Notes: generated by a model not told the origin, from the letters alone. Positions 1 to 8,595 are shown, counted from the stretch's first letter. The stretch: DNA of 32,000 nucleotides from Halalkalibacterium halodurans (GCF_004376175.1 NZ_SNUY01000024.1:1-32000); one strand, 5' to 3'. A program made the numbers and translations.

Positions 1-256
1 TTAATATAATTTCAAAAAAATGTAAACTCACTCTCCGCTCTTAGCCTAATTTAATTTTTTTCTACGCTAGTTCTTCTGTAAAAATCGCTATCAACCAAGC
101 AGAAATTAATTTTGTCCGGACGCTCTTGAAAAAACGAAGTCTCTTCCTTGGGCAGATATCATTCCAGTACATGCGGAGTTTCCAGTCATCGGTCGGTCTG
201 TTAAATCAAAACTATTTAGCGTATCCGATTGCCAAGCCATTGTAAAAAAAGCCGTT

Positions 257-1060
257 GTGGAGAGCATGAAAAAACGATACAAGCGTGGCTGGTTTGATGA
301 AAATGGTCCACTCTATCGAATTGAAGTCGCCCTCCATAAGGATATAGCCACACTAACCATCGACACAAGCGGAACAGGTCTACATAAACGTGGCTACCGC
401 TACCTTCACAGCCAAGCACCGCTAAAGGAGACATTAGCTGCTGCAATGATTATGCTCTCCCATTGGAAGTCAGATCGCCCCTTCGCCGACCCGTTTTGCG
501 GATCAGGCACGATTCCAATTGAAGCGGCAATGATTGGGCAAAACATCGCACCTGGCTTTAACCGAGAATTCGTTTCCGAACAGTGGCATTGGATCGGAAG
601 CGAGCATTGGGATCGAGCACGTGAAGAAGTAGAAGATATGGCGAACTATGACCAGCCACTCGATATCCTTGGTTCAGACATTGACCATCGCATGGTCGAA
701 CTCGCACAAAACAATGCGATGGAAGCGGGATTTGGCGACTTGATTTCCTTCAAGCAAATGCAAGTCACCGACTTTCGACATAAAGAAGAGTACGGCATAT
801 TAATAGGAAATCCTCCGTACGGGGAGCGGATCGGCGAGAGGGAAGAAGTAGAGAAGATGTATCAAAAGATGGGGGAAGTTTTTCGTGAACATTTAGAGAC
901 ATGGTCCATCTACATCCTCACTTCCCATGAGGGGTTTGAAGAACTTTATGGCAAACAAGCGACGAAAAAGCGAAAGCTGTATAACGGGAACATTAAAACA
1001 GATTACTATCAGTTTTTTGGACCGAGACCTCCGCGTCATCCAGAGGGCTCTCAACAATAA
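257..1060 (+). CDS. class I SAM-dependent RNA methyltransferase, THUMP/UPF0020 type (YpsC/RlmL-like); catalytic domain intact, 5' part apparently out of frame
   Basis: SAM-binding motif DPFCGSGTIPIEAA and catalytic NPPYGERIG are present in the ORF-track protein. The same frame stays open upstream to 110 and encodes THUMP-like residues (LEKTKSLPWADIIPVHAEFPVIGRSVKSK), but has no ATG/GTG/TTG before GTG 257. Confidence 0.8.
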   Translation: MESMKKRYKRGWFDENGPLYRIEVALHKDIATLTIDTSGTGLHKRGYRYLHSQAPLKETLAAAMIMLSHWKSDRPFADPFCGSGTIPIEAAMIGQNIAPGFNREFVSEQWHWIGSEHWDRAREEVEDMANYDQPLDILGSDIDHRMVELAQNNAMEAGFGDLISFKQMQVTDFRHKEEYGILIGNPPYGERIGEREEVEKMYQKMGEVFREHLETWSIYILTSHEGFEELYGKQATKKRKLYNGNIKTDYYQFFGPRPPRHPEGSQQ

Positions 1061-1073
1061 GCTGATCAACGTT

Positions 1074-1106
1074 CAACCCTAGTCTTTCAAAGGATAGGGT
1101 TGTTTT
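1074..1106 (+). terminator. rho-independent terminator of the methyltransferase gene; probable target hairpin of the intron
   Basis: Stem caacccta (1074-1081) pairs with tagggttg (1095-1102), with additional inner pairs, followed by TTTT at 1103-1106. It starts 14 nt after the TAA stop. Confidence 0.75.
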
Positions 1107-1107
1107 G

Positions 1108-3000
1108 GTGTGCCCGGCATGTCTAACAGCTAGGTGGTGAAAGTCCACTACAGGCTCGGCAGTGGGAACTGTTAGCGAATGGCAAGGGTGTCTAGGGTGA
1201 CCTAGAATCTGAAGGAAGCCGGACGCAAAATCTTGGGACAACGAACAGAAACTGGATAGAAGGCTGACTGGGGACGGACGAGTTTCCCAAACAAAACGAA
1301 GTCCAACACTGCCCGAATCCCTACAGTAAATCCAGTGTCTACGAGAGGAAAGCGGTTAGACTTACCCGGGGAGATCTTACTGGGGTTTTCGAGATGAAGA
1401 AATTCCATAAGAAAACAACGAGTTCAGCGATGAGCTTGTGAACGGTAAGAAGTCAGCAGAGGTCATAGTAGTCCAATGGATGAAGGACTGAACAATAAGA
1501 ATCTTGGAACTAACGGAGGTGAGAAGTATGCATCGACCACAGAAAACATCAAAAGATGGCTACCTGCTGGAACATAAGGTGGAACCTGAACATAAAGCGG
1601 GAGCGTGCAGTATACTTCACGCTGAACCTAGAAGAAGAGATGGTGAAAGTTCAGAATGGATCAACGAGATTATTGATCGAGATAACCTCAATAGGGCTTA
1701 TAAAAGAGTCAAGAAGAACAAAGGAAAACCTGGGATAGATGGAATGACGGTAGACAAATTGCCCCTATTCTTAGCCAAAGAAAGCAGGTCTCTTGTGCGT
1801 GCCATTAAAAATGGAACGTATCAACCACAACCCGTTAAGCGGGTGGAAATCCCGAAGCCGGATGGTTCCAAAAGAAAGCTAGGAATTCCCACGGTCAAAG
1901 ACCGACTTGTCCAACAAGCGATTCTACAAGTAATTGAAAAATGGATCGACCCCCATTTCTCGGAAAACAGTTTTGGCTTCCGTCCAAATCGAAGTGCTCA
2001 CGACGCAATCGGAAAAGCAAAACGGTACTATGAAGAGGGATATCGATACGCGGTAGACATTGATATGAAGCAGTATTTCGATACAGTCAACCATGAGAAA
2101 CTCATGTACCATGTAGAGGAATTTATTCAGGACCCAAAAGTGCTTAAGCTAATTCGTAAATTCTTGCGAAGTGGCATGATGATTGGTGAAAAATATGAGC
2201 CAAGCGAGGTTGGAACTCCTCAAGGAGGAAATCTCTCACCGCTTCTCAGTAACGTCTATCTTCACCAACTGGACCTAGAACTAGAAAGGCGTGGTCACAA
2301 GTTTATCCGCTACGCAGATGATTGTAACATTTACGTGAAAAGCCAAAGGGCTGGAGAGAGAGTCCTAAAAAGCATGACAAAATTTCTTGAAGAAGAACTA
2401 AAGCTAACGGTGAATAAAGAGAAGAGCGAAGTTGGTAAACCGACGAAACGGAAGTTCTTAGGGTTCTGTATACATCCAACAAGAAATGGAGTACAAGTCC
2501 GTCCGCATAGTAAGGTGAAAAAGAGACTCGAAGAAAAAGTAAGAAAACTGACTTCCCGCAAACGCCCAGGAGAGATCCGTGAGATCATCAAAGAGGTCAA
2601 CCAAGTAACGAGGGGATGGATCAACTATTATGGAGTCGGTCTTGTGAAAACCTATGTTCAAGAAATGGATCGTTGGATACGTCGAAGGATTAGACAAATG
2701 ATCTGGAAAAGGTGGAAGAAGGTTAAAACTCGCTTTAAAAGTCTCATCAAACTAAAAATCCCCAAGCAAAAGGCTTGGGAATGGGCAAACACTCGGAAAG
2801 GCTACTGGCATATTTCAAATAGTTTCATCTTAAATACCGCAATTCCAAATCAACTTCTTGAACGGATTGGTTTACTCAATCTAACCCAACTATATTCCTC
2901 GATACATTCTAAACACACTTAACTTATTGAACCGCCGTATACGGACCCGTACGTACGGTGGTGTGAGAGGTCGGAGGCTAACCGCCTCCTCCTACTCGAT
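1108..3000 (+). mobile_element. group II intron, bacterial class C-like, full length with intron-encoded RT/maturase
   Basis: 5' end GTGTG at 1108-1112. About 420 nt of stop-rich structured sequence precede the RT ORF. Domain V is at 2931-2962: basal helix accgccgtat/gtacggtggt, AC bulge at 2951-2952, CGC triad at 2933-2935. Domain VI is at 2965-2997 with an unpaired A at 2994, 7 nt before a ...GAT 3' end. Boundaries are good to a few nt. Confidence 0.8.
1528..2922 (+). CDS. group II intron reverse transcriptase/maturase (no endonuclease domain)
   Basis: RT blocks are present (GIPTVKDRLVQQA, FGFRPNRSAHDA, YADD in IRYADDCNIYV), as is the maturase X motif RGWINYYG. The protein ends about 60 aa after X with no HNH/En domain. 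SD GGAGGTG lies 7 nt upstream of ATG 1528. The ORF-track TTG 1504 has no RBS. Confidence 0.9.
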   Translation: MHRPQKTSKDGYLLEHKVEPEHKAGACSILHAEPRRRDGESSEWINEIIDRDNLNRAYKRVKKNKGKPGIDGMTVDKLPLFLAKESRSLVRAIKNGTYQPQPVKRVEIPKPDGSKRKLGIPTVKDRLVQQAILQVIEKWIDPHFSENSFGFRPNRSAHDAIGKAKRYYEEGYRYAVDIDMKQYFDTVNHEKLMYHVEEFIQDPKVLKLIRKFLRSGMMIGEKYEPSEVGTPQGGNLSPLLSNVYLHQLDLELERRGHKFIRYADDCNIYVKSQRAGERVLKSMTKFLEEELKLTVNKEKSEVGKPTKRKFLGFCIHPTRNGVQVRPHSKVKKRLEEKVRKLTSRKRPGEIREIIKEVNQVTRGWINYYGVGLVKTYVQEMDRWIRRRIRQMIWKRWKKVKTRFKSLIKLKIPKQKAWEWANTRKGYWHISNSFILNTAIPNQLLERIGLLNLTQLYSSIHSKHT

Positions 3001-3063
3001 TGGAAAAATGAAGGAATTAGAAAGGCAAGGCCAACGAAATAGGGAAATTGTGAGGAGTTAGAC

Positions 3064-3103
3064 ATGAAAGGACACACACCCATTACTGCTAAGGTGTGTG
3101 TCC
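3064..3103 (-). terminator. probable terminator of the symporter gene
   Basis: 11-bp stem ggacacacacc (3070-3080) pairs with ggtgtgtgtcc (3093-3103). On the minus strand it is followed by TTTCAT, a weak U-tract. Confidence 0.5.
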
Positions 3104-3116
3104 ACATGTATGACCG

Positions 3117-4565
3117 TTAATTTTTCTCTTTTACTGGTTTTTCATCCCATGCTTCAATGTTCTTTAGGTCAGGCAGGCTGTTTTTGTAAAAGACAGGATC
3201 GATTCCTTGTTTACGCTGATGCTGATAATCCGTTAGTGCCTGAACGGCAATTTTCGCCAATAATGCAATAGCAATCAAGTTAACGATCGCCATCGCACCC
3301 ATAATCAAATCGGCCATTTCCCAAATAATCTGAAGCTCACTTGTAGCTCCGATTAAAATCATGGTAAGAAATGCGAGGCGAAAGACTGTTAGTAAGGCGC
3401 GGTTTTGAGAAATAAACTGAATGTTCGCTTCACCGTAATAGTAATTCCCGAGCAATGAACTGAAGGCGAAAAAGAAGATCGCAATTGTCACAAATGTCAT
3501 CGACCATTCACCTATATGAACGGTTAGTGCCTCTTGTGTTAACTGAATACCATCCATTTCACCGACTGTATAGACGTCAGTTAACAAGATCAAGAAGGCG
3601 GTCGCACTACAAATAATAAGAGTATCGGTTAGGACGCTGAGAGATTGAACCAATCCTTGTTTTACCGGATGTGAAACGTGAGCGGTTGCGGCTGCGTTTG
3701 GCGCACTTCCCATTCCAGCTTCATTCGAGAATAAACCACGCCGAATTCCATGCATAATCGCTGCCCCGAAGCCCCCGCCCACGACTTCCTGTATTCCGAA
3801 GGCGTTGCCTACAATCAGACCGATGACAGCCGGAACTTGCGTGATATTTAGTAGCACGATGACAAGGGCAATCAATACGTATGCAATGGCGAATGTCGGG
3901 ACGATGACTTCTGCAATGACCGCAATTCTACGTATCCCACCAAAGACAATGAACGCCATCACAAAAGCGATGATCAACCCAATAAAGAAAGGATTTAAAT
4001 CATAAGCACCTACAAAAGCATCTGCAATCGTATGTGTTTGAACAGCGTTAAAAATTAATCCGAAACATAACGTAATTAAGATGGCAAACAAAATACCTGC
4101 CCATCTGGCGTTTAACGCTTTTTCCATGTAATAGGCTGGTCCACCTCGGAAACCATCCTTATCTTTTACTTTATAAATTTGCGCCAGCGTGCTCTCGATG
4201 AAGCCGGTCGCTGCCCCGATTAGAGCAATGATCCACATCCAAAAAATTGCACCGGGCCCACCTAAGGAAATCGCAACTGCTACACCAGCCAAATTACCTG
4301 TTCCGACGCGGGCAGCGGTACTAATGGCGAATGCTTGAAAGGAGGACGTTCCTTTCCTTTCTTTAAACGCCTTTCGATTCATTCCTTCCACGAGGAGGCG
4401 TCCCATCTCTCCGAGCAATCGAAATTGGACAAAGCGTGAAACGAACGTAAAATAAAGACCGAGCCCTAACAGTAAAGCGATTAAGACGTATGTCCAAATG
4501 AACGTGTTTCCGACATCCACCAGCCTGCCAAACCACGTGTCGGCACGAAACCAGTTTTCCACCAA
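3117..4565 (-). CDS. alanine/glycine:cation symporter (AGCS) family transporter
   Basis: 482-aa polytopic membrane protein with the family-typical AARVGTGNLAGVAVAISLGGPGAIFWMW segment. SD AAAGGAG lies upstream. GTG at 4562 is spaced better than TTG at 4565. Confidence 0.9.
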   Translation of the reverse strand: MVENWFRADTWFGRLVDVGNTFIWTYVLIALLLGLGLYFTFVSRFVQFRLLGEMGRLLVEGMNRKAFKERKGTSSFQAFAISTAARVGTGNLAGVAVAISLGGPGAIFWMWIIALIGAATGFIESTLAQIYKVKDKDGFRGGPAYYMEKALNARWAGILFAILITLCFGLIFNAVQTHTIADAFVGAYDLNPFFIGLIIAFVMAFIVFGGIRRIAVIAEVIVPTFAIAYVLIALVIVLLNITQVPAVIGLIVGNAFGIQEVVGGGFGAAIMHGIRRGLFSNEAGMGSAPNAAATAHVSHPVKQGLVQSLSVLTDTLIICSATAFLILLTDVYTVGEMDGIQLTQEALTVHIGEWSMTFVTIAIFFFAFSSLLGNYYYGEANIQFISQNRALLTVFRLAFLTMILIGATSELQIIWEMADLIMGAMAIVNLIAIALLAKIAVQALTDYQHQRKQGIDPVFYKNSLPDLKNIEAWDEKPVKEKN

Positions 4566-4634
4566 ATCACTCCTTTATCGTATTCGTCGCGTGCTATTCT
4601 AACAGAATATTCTTATGAATTCTAGATTCTAAAA

Positions 4635-4662
4635 ATTCTAAAAATAATAAAAGTCTGGACAA
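4635..4662 (-). promoter_or_regulatory. candidate sigma-A promoter of the symporter gene
   Basis: The minus strand reads TTGTCC (4657-4662), a 16-nt spacer, then TAGAAT (4635-4640). It is embedded in an array of ATTCT/AGAAT pentamers. Confidence 0.35.
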
Positions 4663-4688
4663 ATATCCAACAATGGTTATTATTGTTA

Positions 4689-4730
4689 TTGAACAGGTTG
4701 CTTTTATACAAGGTCAAGCAACCTGTTCAA
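4689..4730. repeat. perfect 15-bp inverted repeat with a 12-nt spacer
   Basis: ttgaacaggttgctt (4689-4703) and aagcaacctgttcaa (4716-4730) are exact reverse complements. No U-tract follows on either strand. It lies between divergent genes, 49 nt upstream of ATG 4779. Confidence 0.7.
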
Positions 4731-4778
4731 CTGTTGAATGGTGCATTAAATGACATTATTTACAAAAGGAGGGTGAGT

Positions 4779-5291
4779 ATGCTCGAACGAAGAAATCAAG
4801 TCGCTAAGCTGCTCTTATATTTTTGTTATGTTATCTTAGGTGTGGCTTTCATTGGGGGACTTACTTTAGGCTTAGCGCATGACATCTATTATTCATTTTC
4901 TTTTTTAATTACTTGGGATTATTGGGTAAAAGGAGCTTTATTGGCTGGGCTATTCTTATTTTTCTCCGAATTGATTGAACAAATGCACATCCGTAACTTT
5001 GGAAGCGAGCAGATCAAAAATACCCCTGAAAACCCTTTGACTCCAGAGCCTGGAACGAAAAATGAATCTAGGTTTCCGATAAGTGAACAAGATCGTCAAT
5101 CGGTTTACGAGTTTTATGCAGAGAAAGGGGAAGAGGTAGAAGACATTGTTTCGACACCAGTGAAAGACGTTTGTCTTGTCAAGATTGGCGGAGAACTCCG
5201 ACCTGTCGAAATTGGTGATTTTAAGCCTATAGAACGATCAATCAAGGAGTATCCTGAGCTCCGCCAATGGTATGATCAGCATCAGAAGTAA
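4779..5291 (+). CDS. hypothetical membrane protein (2 predicted TM segments plus an acidic soluble C-terminal domain)
   Basis: SD AAAGGAGGGTG lies 5 nt before ATG 4779, which is M33 of the ORF-track protein. Hydrophobic segments are LLLYFCYVILGVAFIGGLTLGL and GALLAGLFLFFSELI. I recognise no family. Confidence 0.6.
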   Translation: MLERRNQVAKLLLYFCYVILGVAFIGGLTLGLAHDIYYSFSFLITWDYWVKGALLAGLFLFFSELIEQMHIRNFGSEQIKNTPENPLTPEPGTKNESRFPISEQDRQSVYEFYAEKGEEVEDIVSTPVKDVCLVKIGGELRPVEIGDFKPIERSIKEYPELRQWYDQHQK

Positions 5292-6177
5292 CATTCACGT
5301 CTGGTACTCGCACGGTTATTACTTTTCCAACTGTCGTAATGTTAACAGGTGTCTTCATGTAGATTTCTCCATCCATATCGATAGAAAGGACTGGCTCCGT
5401 TTCGATCTGGCACTGATCACAGGTCATCCGATCAATATGATCAGACTCATTTACCATAGCAGGGGAGACGAGTCCCTTCACTAGGTCTTTGATGAAAGGG
5501 AGACCACCCTCCTTCACAATGTAAATCGTCACAAAAGGCTGTTCGATGGCGTTTTCGTCTAATTGGACAGGTAAGGTACCAAGAAACTGACCGTGCATAA
5601 CTAATAAGAGAATGGCTTGCCCAGACATGGAGCCTTTCGTTGATGTAATGGTATAAGAAAAAGGAGATGGCTCACGTAATGATTGGAGAGCAGATAAAAA
5701 ATAGCTAAACCTCCCAAAGGTTTCTTTTAACTCAGGGTTCGTTCCTTCTGATGCAGTTGTGATGATCCCCATTCCGAGGAAATTTGTATAGCAACGGTGA
5801 TTTGCTTGAATGAGCGGCACTCGTTTCCATGTGCCGCTCTCAAGCAAATTTCCCGCTTCCACAAAGGAAAGAGGAATTCTAAGAGAGCGAGCAAAATCGT
5901 TGCACGTCCCAGTTGGTAGGACAACAAGTGGAGGGGGAGAGGGGGATACCGCTAACCCATTTATACATTCATGAACGGTGCCATCTCCCCCCATTACGAT
6001 CATAAGATCAACTTCCCGCTCACGACAAATCGATTCAATGTCACCTTTTTCTTTGCTTGGAATAATCGTCAATTCTCCAATGCTTTGTAGTGCGCGAGGT
6101 ACAACATCTTTTAGGTACTTATCTGTTTTTCCGTTTCCTGCTTTTCCATTATAAAGCAAGAATGCCCGTTGAAACAT
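5242..6177 (-). CDS. diacylglycerol/lipid kinase family protein (YegS/BmrU-like)
   Basis: DAGK catalytic-domain pattern: LLYNGKAGNGK near the N-terminus and MGGDGTVHECINGL. SD AAGGGGGGA precedes ATG 6177. The 3' end overlaps the convergent 4779-5291 gene by 50 nt. Confidence 0.85.
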   Translation of the reverse strand: MFQRAFLLYNGKAGNGKTDKYLKDVVPRALQSIGELTIIPSKEKGDIESICREREVDLMIVMGGDGTVHECINGLAVSPSPPPLVVLPTGTCNDFARSLRIPLSFVEAGNLLESGTWKRVPLIQANHRCYTNFLGMGIITTASEGTNPELKETFGRFSYFLSALQSLREPSPFSYTITSTKGSMSGQAILLLVMHGQFLGTLPVQLDENAIEQPFVTIYIVKEGGLPFIKDLVKGLVSPAMVNESDHIDRMTCDQCQIETEPVLSIDMDGEIYMKTPVNITTVGKVITVRVPDVNVTSDADHTIGGAQDTP

Positions 6178-6414
6178 GTGCAATCCCCCCTTGGACGATC
6201 GTTTTCAGCATACCCTCTCAAGTAGATCCTTACACGTCGTATCTTTAAATCAACCGTAAAACCCCCAATTAGCGGAAGCTTTGCCCGCGGGAAGCGAGTG
6301 GTTTTTGAAGCAATCAACTTTCTATAAAATAAACACCTGTTATTAGCTGTATTTTGTACCAGCCTCTAAAAATACCATGCAAAGCAGGTGAAAAGCTGCC
6401 AGCATGGTTTTGGA

Positions 6415-7650
6415 TTACACGTCTGGGTTTGGTTGAGCAGGCTCAATAATAGGCGTGTTAGGTTTGTTTTGGTCGTGTTTTCTTTGCCAAAAAATTGAAA
6501 CAAATGTGGTTGCTGCAAGAACGATCAGGCAAAGGATGAATGGATAGGTGATTTGCACATCAAACAACACACCAGCTAGAGCTGGTCCAAGTACGTTTCC
6601 AATGCTCATATAGGCATTGTTCATTCCCATCGCAAAGCCTTGTTCATTGCCTGCAAGCTTTGAAATTAAGGTCGTTAACACCGGCCGCAAAATCGAAGTA
6701 GCTAAAAAGATGAACATCGTTACCGCAAAAAACATCCCGTAGCTCGGGGCAAACAGGGAAAGTGAAAAGCCAAAAGAGGCGACACCAAGAAACAACGAGA
6801 GCACGGTACGTTCTCCGAGCCAGCGAACGAATCGTTCGACGACAAAGAGCTGAACGATCACACTAATCGTACCAATGGAAGTTAATAAGATCGCAATTTG
6901 TCCTGGCGTTGCTCCAAATTGATTATCAACAAACAAACCGAGAATGGATTCGTACGCCATTAACCCAAAACTCATAACTAGAGTGATAACGAGTGGGATA
7001 AAATAAGGCTTTTTGACGGATTATATGAGTTGTTTCACGAGCGGACTTTCGCTTACTTGTTCGGCTGTAAGTTCCTTTGCCTCTTCTGTTTGACTTTCCT
7101 TTAATAACATAATCGAGAATAGAACAGCAACCAAAGACAAAATCGCAGAAAGTAGAATCGGCATTTTCAGTCCGAAGTCTGCAAGAAAACCACCAACCCC
7201 TGGGCCAACAACAAATCCTAGAGACATGGCTGCTGATACCAAGCTATTTCCTTTCGCCCGTTCATCGATCGTTGTAATGTCTGCTACGTACGCGAAGATA
7301 GCTGGGATCAAAAGAGCTGCGCCAACACCCCCGACAACGCGAGAAGCGTAGAGCCACCAAATCGAATCAAAAAAATAAAAAACGAACATGGAAAGGGTTA
7401 CCCCGCCAAGTCCGAGAATAATCATATACCTACGCCCATATTGATCAGTCCACTTCCCTGCAACAGGTGACATGACGAGCTGTGCCCCAGCAAAAATGGC
7501 AATCATGAGACCTGCGGCGGTACCGCCTTCTCCAATTGACTCGAGGTAGGCAGGTAGAATCGGAATAATGATTCCGAAGCTGGCGATCGCAATAAACATG
7601 TTGATCATTAACAGAATCATTTTATGACGTTGTTCAGACTTCACGAGCAC
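6415..7650 (-). pseudogene. MFS drug/H+ antiporter-type transporter interrupted by a single in-frame TAA (7021-7023)
   Basis: ORFs 7021-7650 and 6415-6975 share one frame, giving ...PLVKQLI*SVKKPYFIPLVITLVMSFGLMAYE.... MFS motif A is GKWTDQYGRRYM. The joined length is 411 codons with about 12 TM segments. Confidence 0.8.
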
Positions 7651-7698
7651 TCTTCCTCCCTACAGTATGAAATATTTCTAGACACTAAAGACTTACTT

Positions 7699-7727
7699 AT
7701 AATAATTGGAAGGGAGATAAGTGTCAA
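7699..7727 (-). promoter_or_regulatory. sigma-A promoter of the MFS gene
   Basis: The minus strand reads TTGACA (7722-7727), a 17-nt spacer, then TATTAT (7699-7704), about 45 nt upstream of SD GGGAGGAAG. Confidence 0.6.
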
Positions 7728-7795
7728 TCATTTTAACCTAAAAAAAGTAGGAAATTTACAATGATAGATAAGATGATGGAAGACAGGAAAAGGGA

Positions 7796-7837
7796 AGAAA
7801 AAATGGTTACTTTACGTTGCACAAACGTAAAGTAACC
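7796..7837 (-). terminator. rho-independent terminator of the phosphodiesterase gene
   Basis: The minus strand reads ggttactttacgtt-tgtgca-acgtaaagtaacc followed by ATTTTTTC. It starts 9 nt after the stop at 7846. Confidence 0.85.
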
Positions 7838-7845
7838 AAGTATGT

Positions 7846-8595
7846 TTAGTCAAAAGAGCGAAAGGTGGACCAGCCGCTTCGACCTGTTGGTGTGGAAAAT
7901 TCTTGATACTCCTCTTTTGTCATGATTTGAACGGAGGGAAAACGCTCGTTTATATAGGTAATCGTAGCATGACTTCCTGTAACGATGAGTGTTTGTAATT
8001 GCTCAGTGGAAAGAGACTCTAGTATGTTTGCCAACCGCTCTCCGTCTGAAGTAGAGCGACTTTGAATGTGCAGTAATAGCCTTTCTTCAGGAAAGTTGTT
8101 AAGAATTTCTTCCAAGGTGGGGATAAGACCAACACCGTCCCCACGGAATGGATACGTGTTGTCTCCTTCAAGTTGATAGCCGTAGCCGATGTCGAGTTGT
8201 TTTAGCTCCTCTGTCGTATAATCCCAAATGGGACCCGTTCCATTTGTTCGACAATCTAAGTTCCAGTCACGAAATGCGACAAAATTCCCATCACGGGTTT
8301 GCTGCAAGTCCACTTCAACGATCGCGGCACCTGCCTCGTACGCCGCTCGAATGGCAGGGATCGTATTTTCAATCGAAGCCGGTTCTGTATTTGCGAGCTG
8401 TATCTCGGAACATCCATTGATTTCATCAGACGTTAAAACATAATCTGGGTGAGCTCCTCGGTGAGAAAGGAGGAGGGGCTCATGTTTTGTTTCTTTTGCA
8501 AATAATAAATCGGTATGGTTAATGTATAGGACGAACGCAATGGCGATTAAAACAATGCTAACTTTAAAATTAAGGAATGAGCGAAATCGTTTCAA
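7846..8595 (-). CDS. glycerophosphodiester phosphodiesterase (GDPD) family protein with an N-terminal membrane anchor
   Basis: N-terminal TM segment VSIVLIAIAFVLYI. GDPD-like motifs are LSHRGA, ENTIPAIRAA and IVEVDLQQTRDGNFVAF. Confidence 0.8.
   Translation of the reverse strand: MKRFRSFLNFKVSIVLIAIAFVLYINHTDLLFAKETKHEPLLLSHRGAHPDYVLTSDEINGCSEIQLANTEPASIENTIPAIRAAYEAGAAIVEVDLQQTRDGNFVAFRDWNLDCRTNGTGPIWDYTTEELKQLDIGYGYQLEGDNTYPFRGDGVGLIPTLEEILNNFPEERLLLHIQSRSTSDGERLANILESLSTEQLQTLIVTGSHATITYINERFPSVQIMTKEEYQEFSTPTGRSGWSTFRSFD

Noticed and set aside
993-1408. Minus-strand ORFs 993-1241 and 1202-1408 from the ORF track
   Set aside because: They lie antisense to the terminator and to intron domains I-III, which are structured RNA. 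They have no RBS and low-complexity Pro/Ser/Phe-rich translations, so I treat them as spurious.
2919-3107. Minus-strand ORF 2919-3107
   Set aside because: It overlaps intron domains V/VI and the terminator hairpin of the symporter gene. It has no RBS and an Arg/Ser-rich antisense-type composition.
5242-5291. 50-nt 3' overlap of convergent genes 4779-5291 and 5242-6177, and the TTAA stop overlap of fosB with the amidinotransferase gene at 9886-9889
   Set aside because: Convergent overlaps are common in compact Firmicute genomes. I see no sequence feature, such as an sRNA or a programmed frameshift site, that makes these special beyond possible transcriptional interference.
6184-6414. 230-nt gap between the MFS pseudogene and the lipid kinase gene, including ORF 6111-6317 and a cccgcggg palindrome
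   Set aside because: The ORF has no RBS and overlaps the kinase start. I found only a weak hairpin (accatgc...gcatggt plus ATTTTT on the minus strand) and no riboswitch-like conserved motif that I could recognise.
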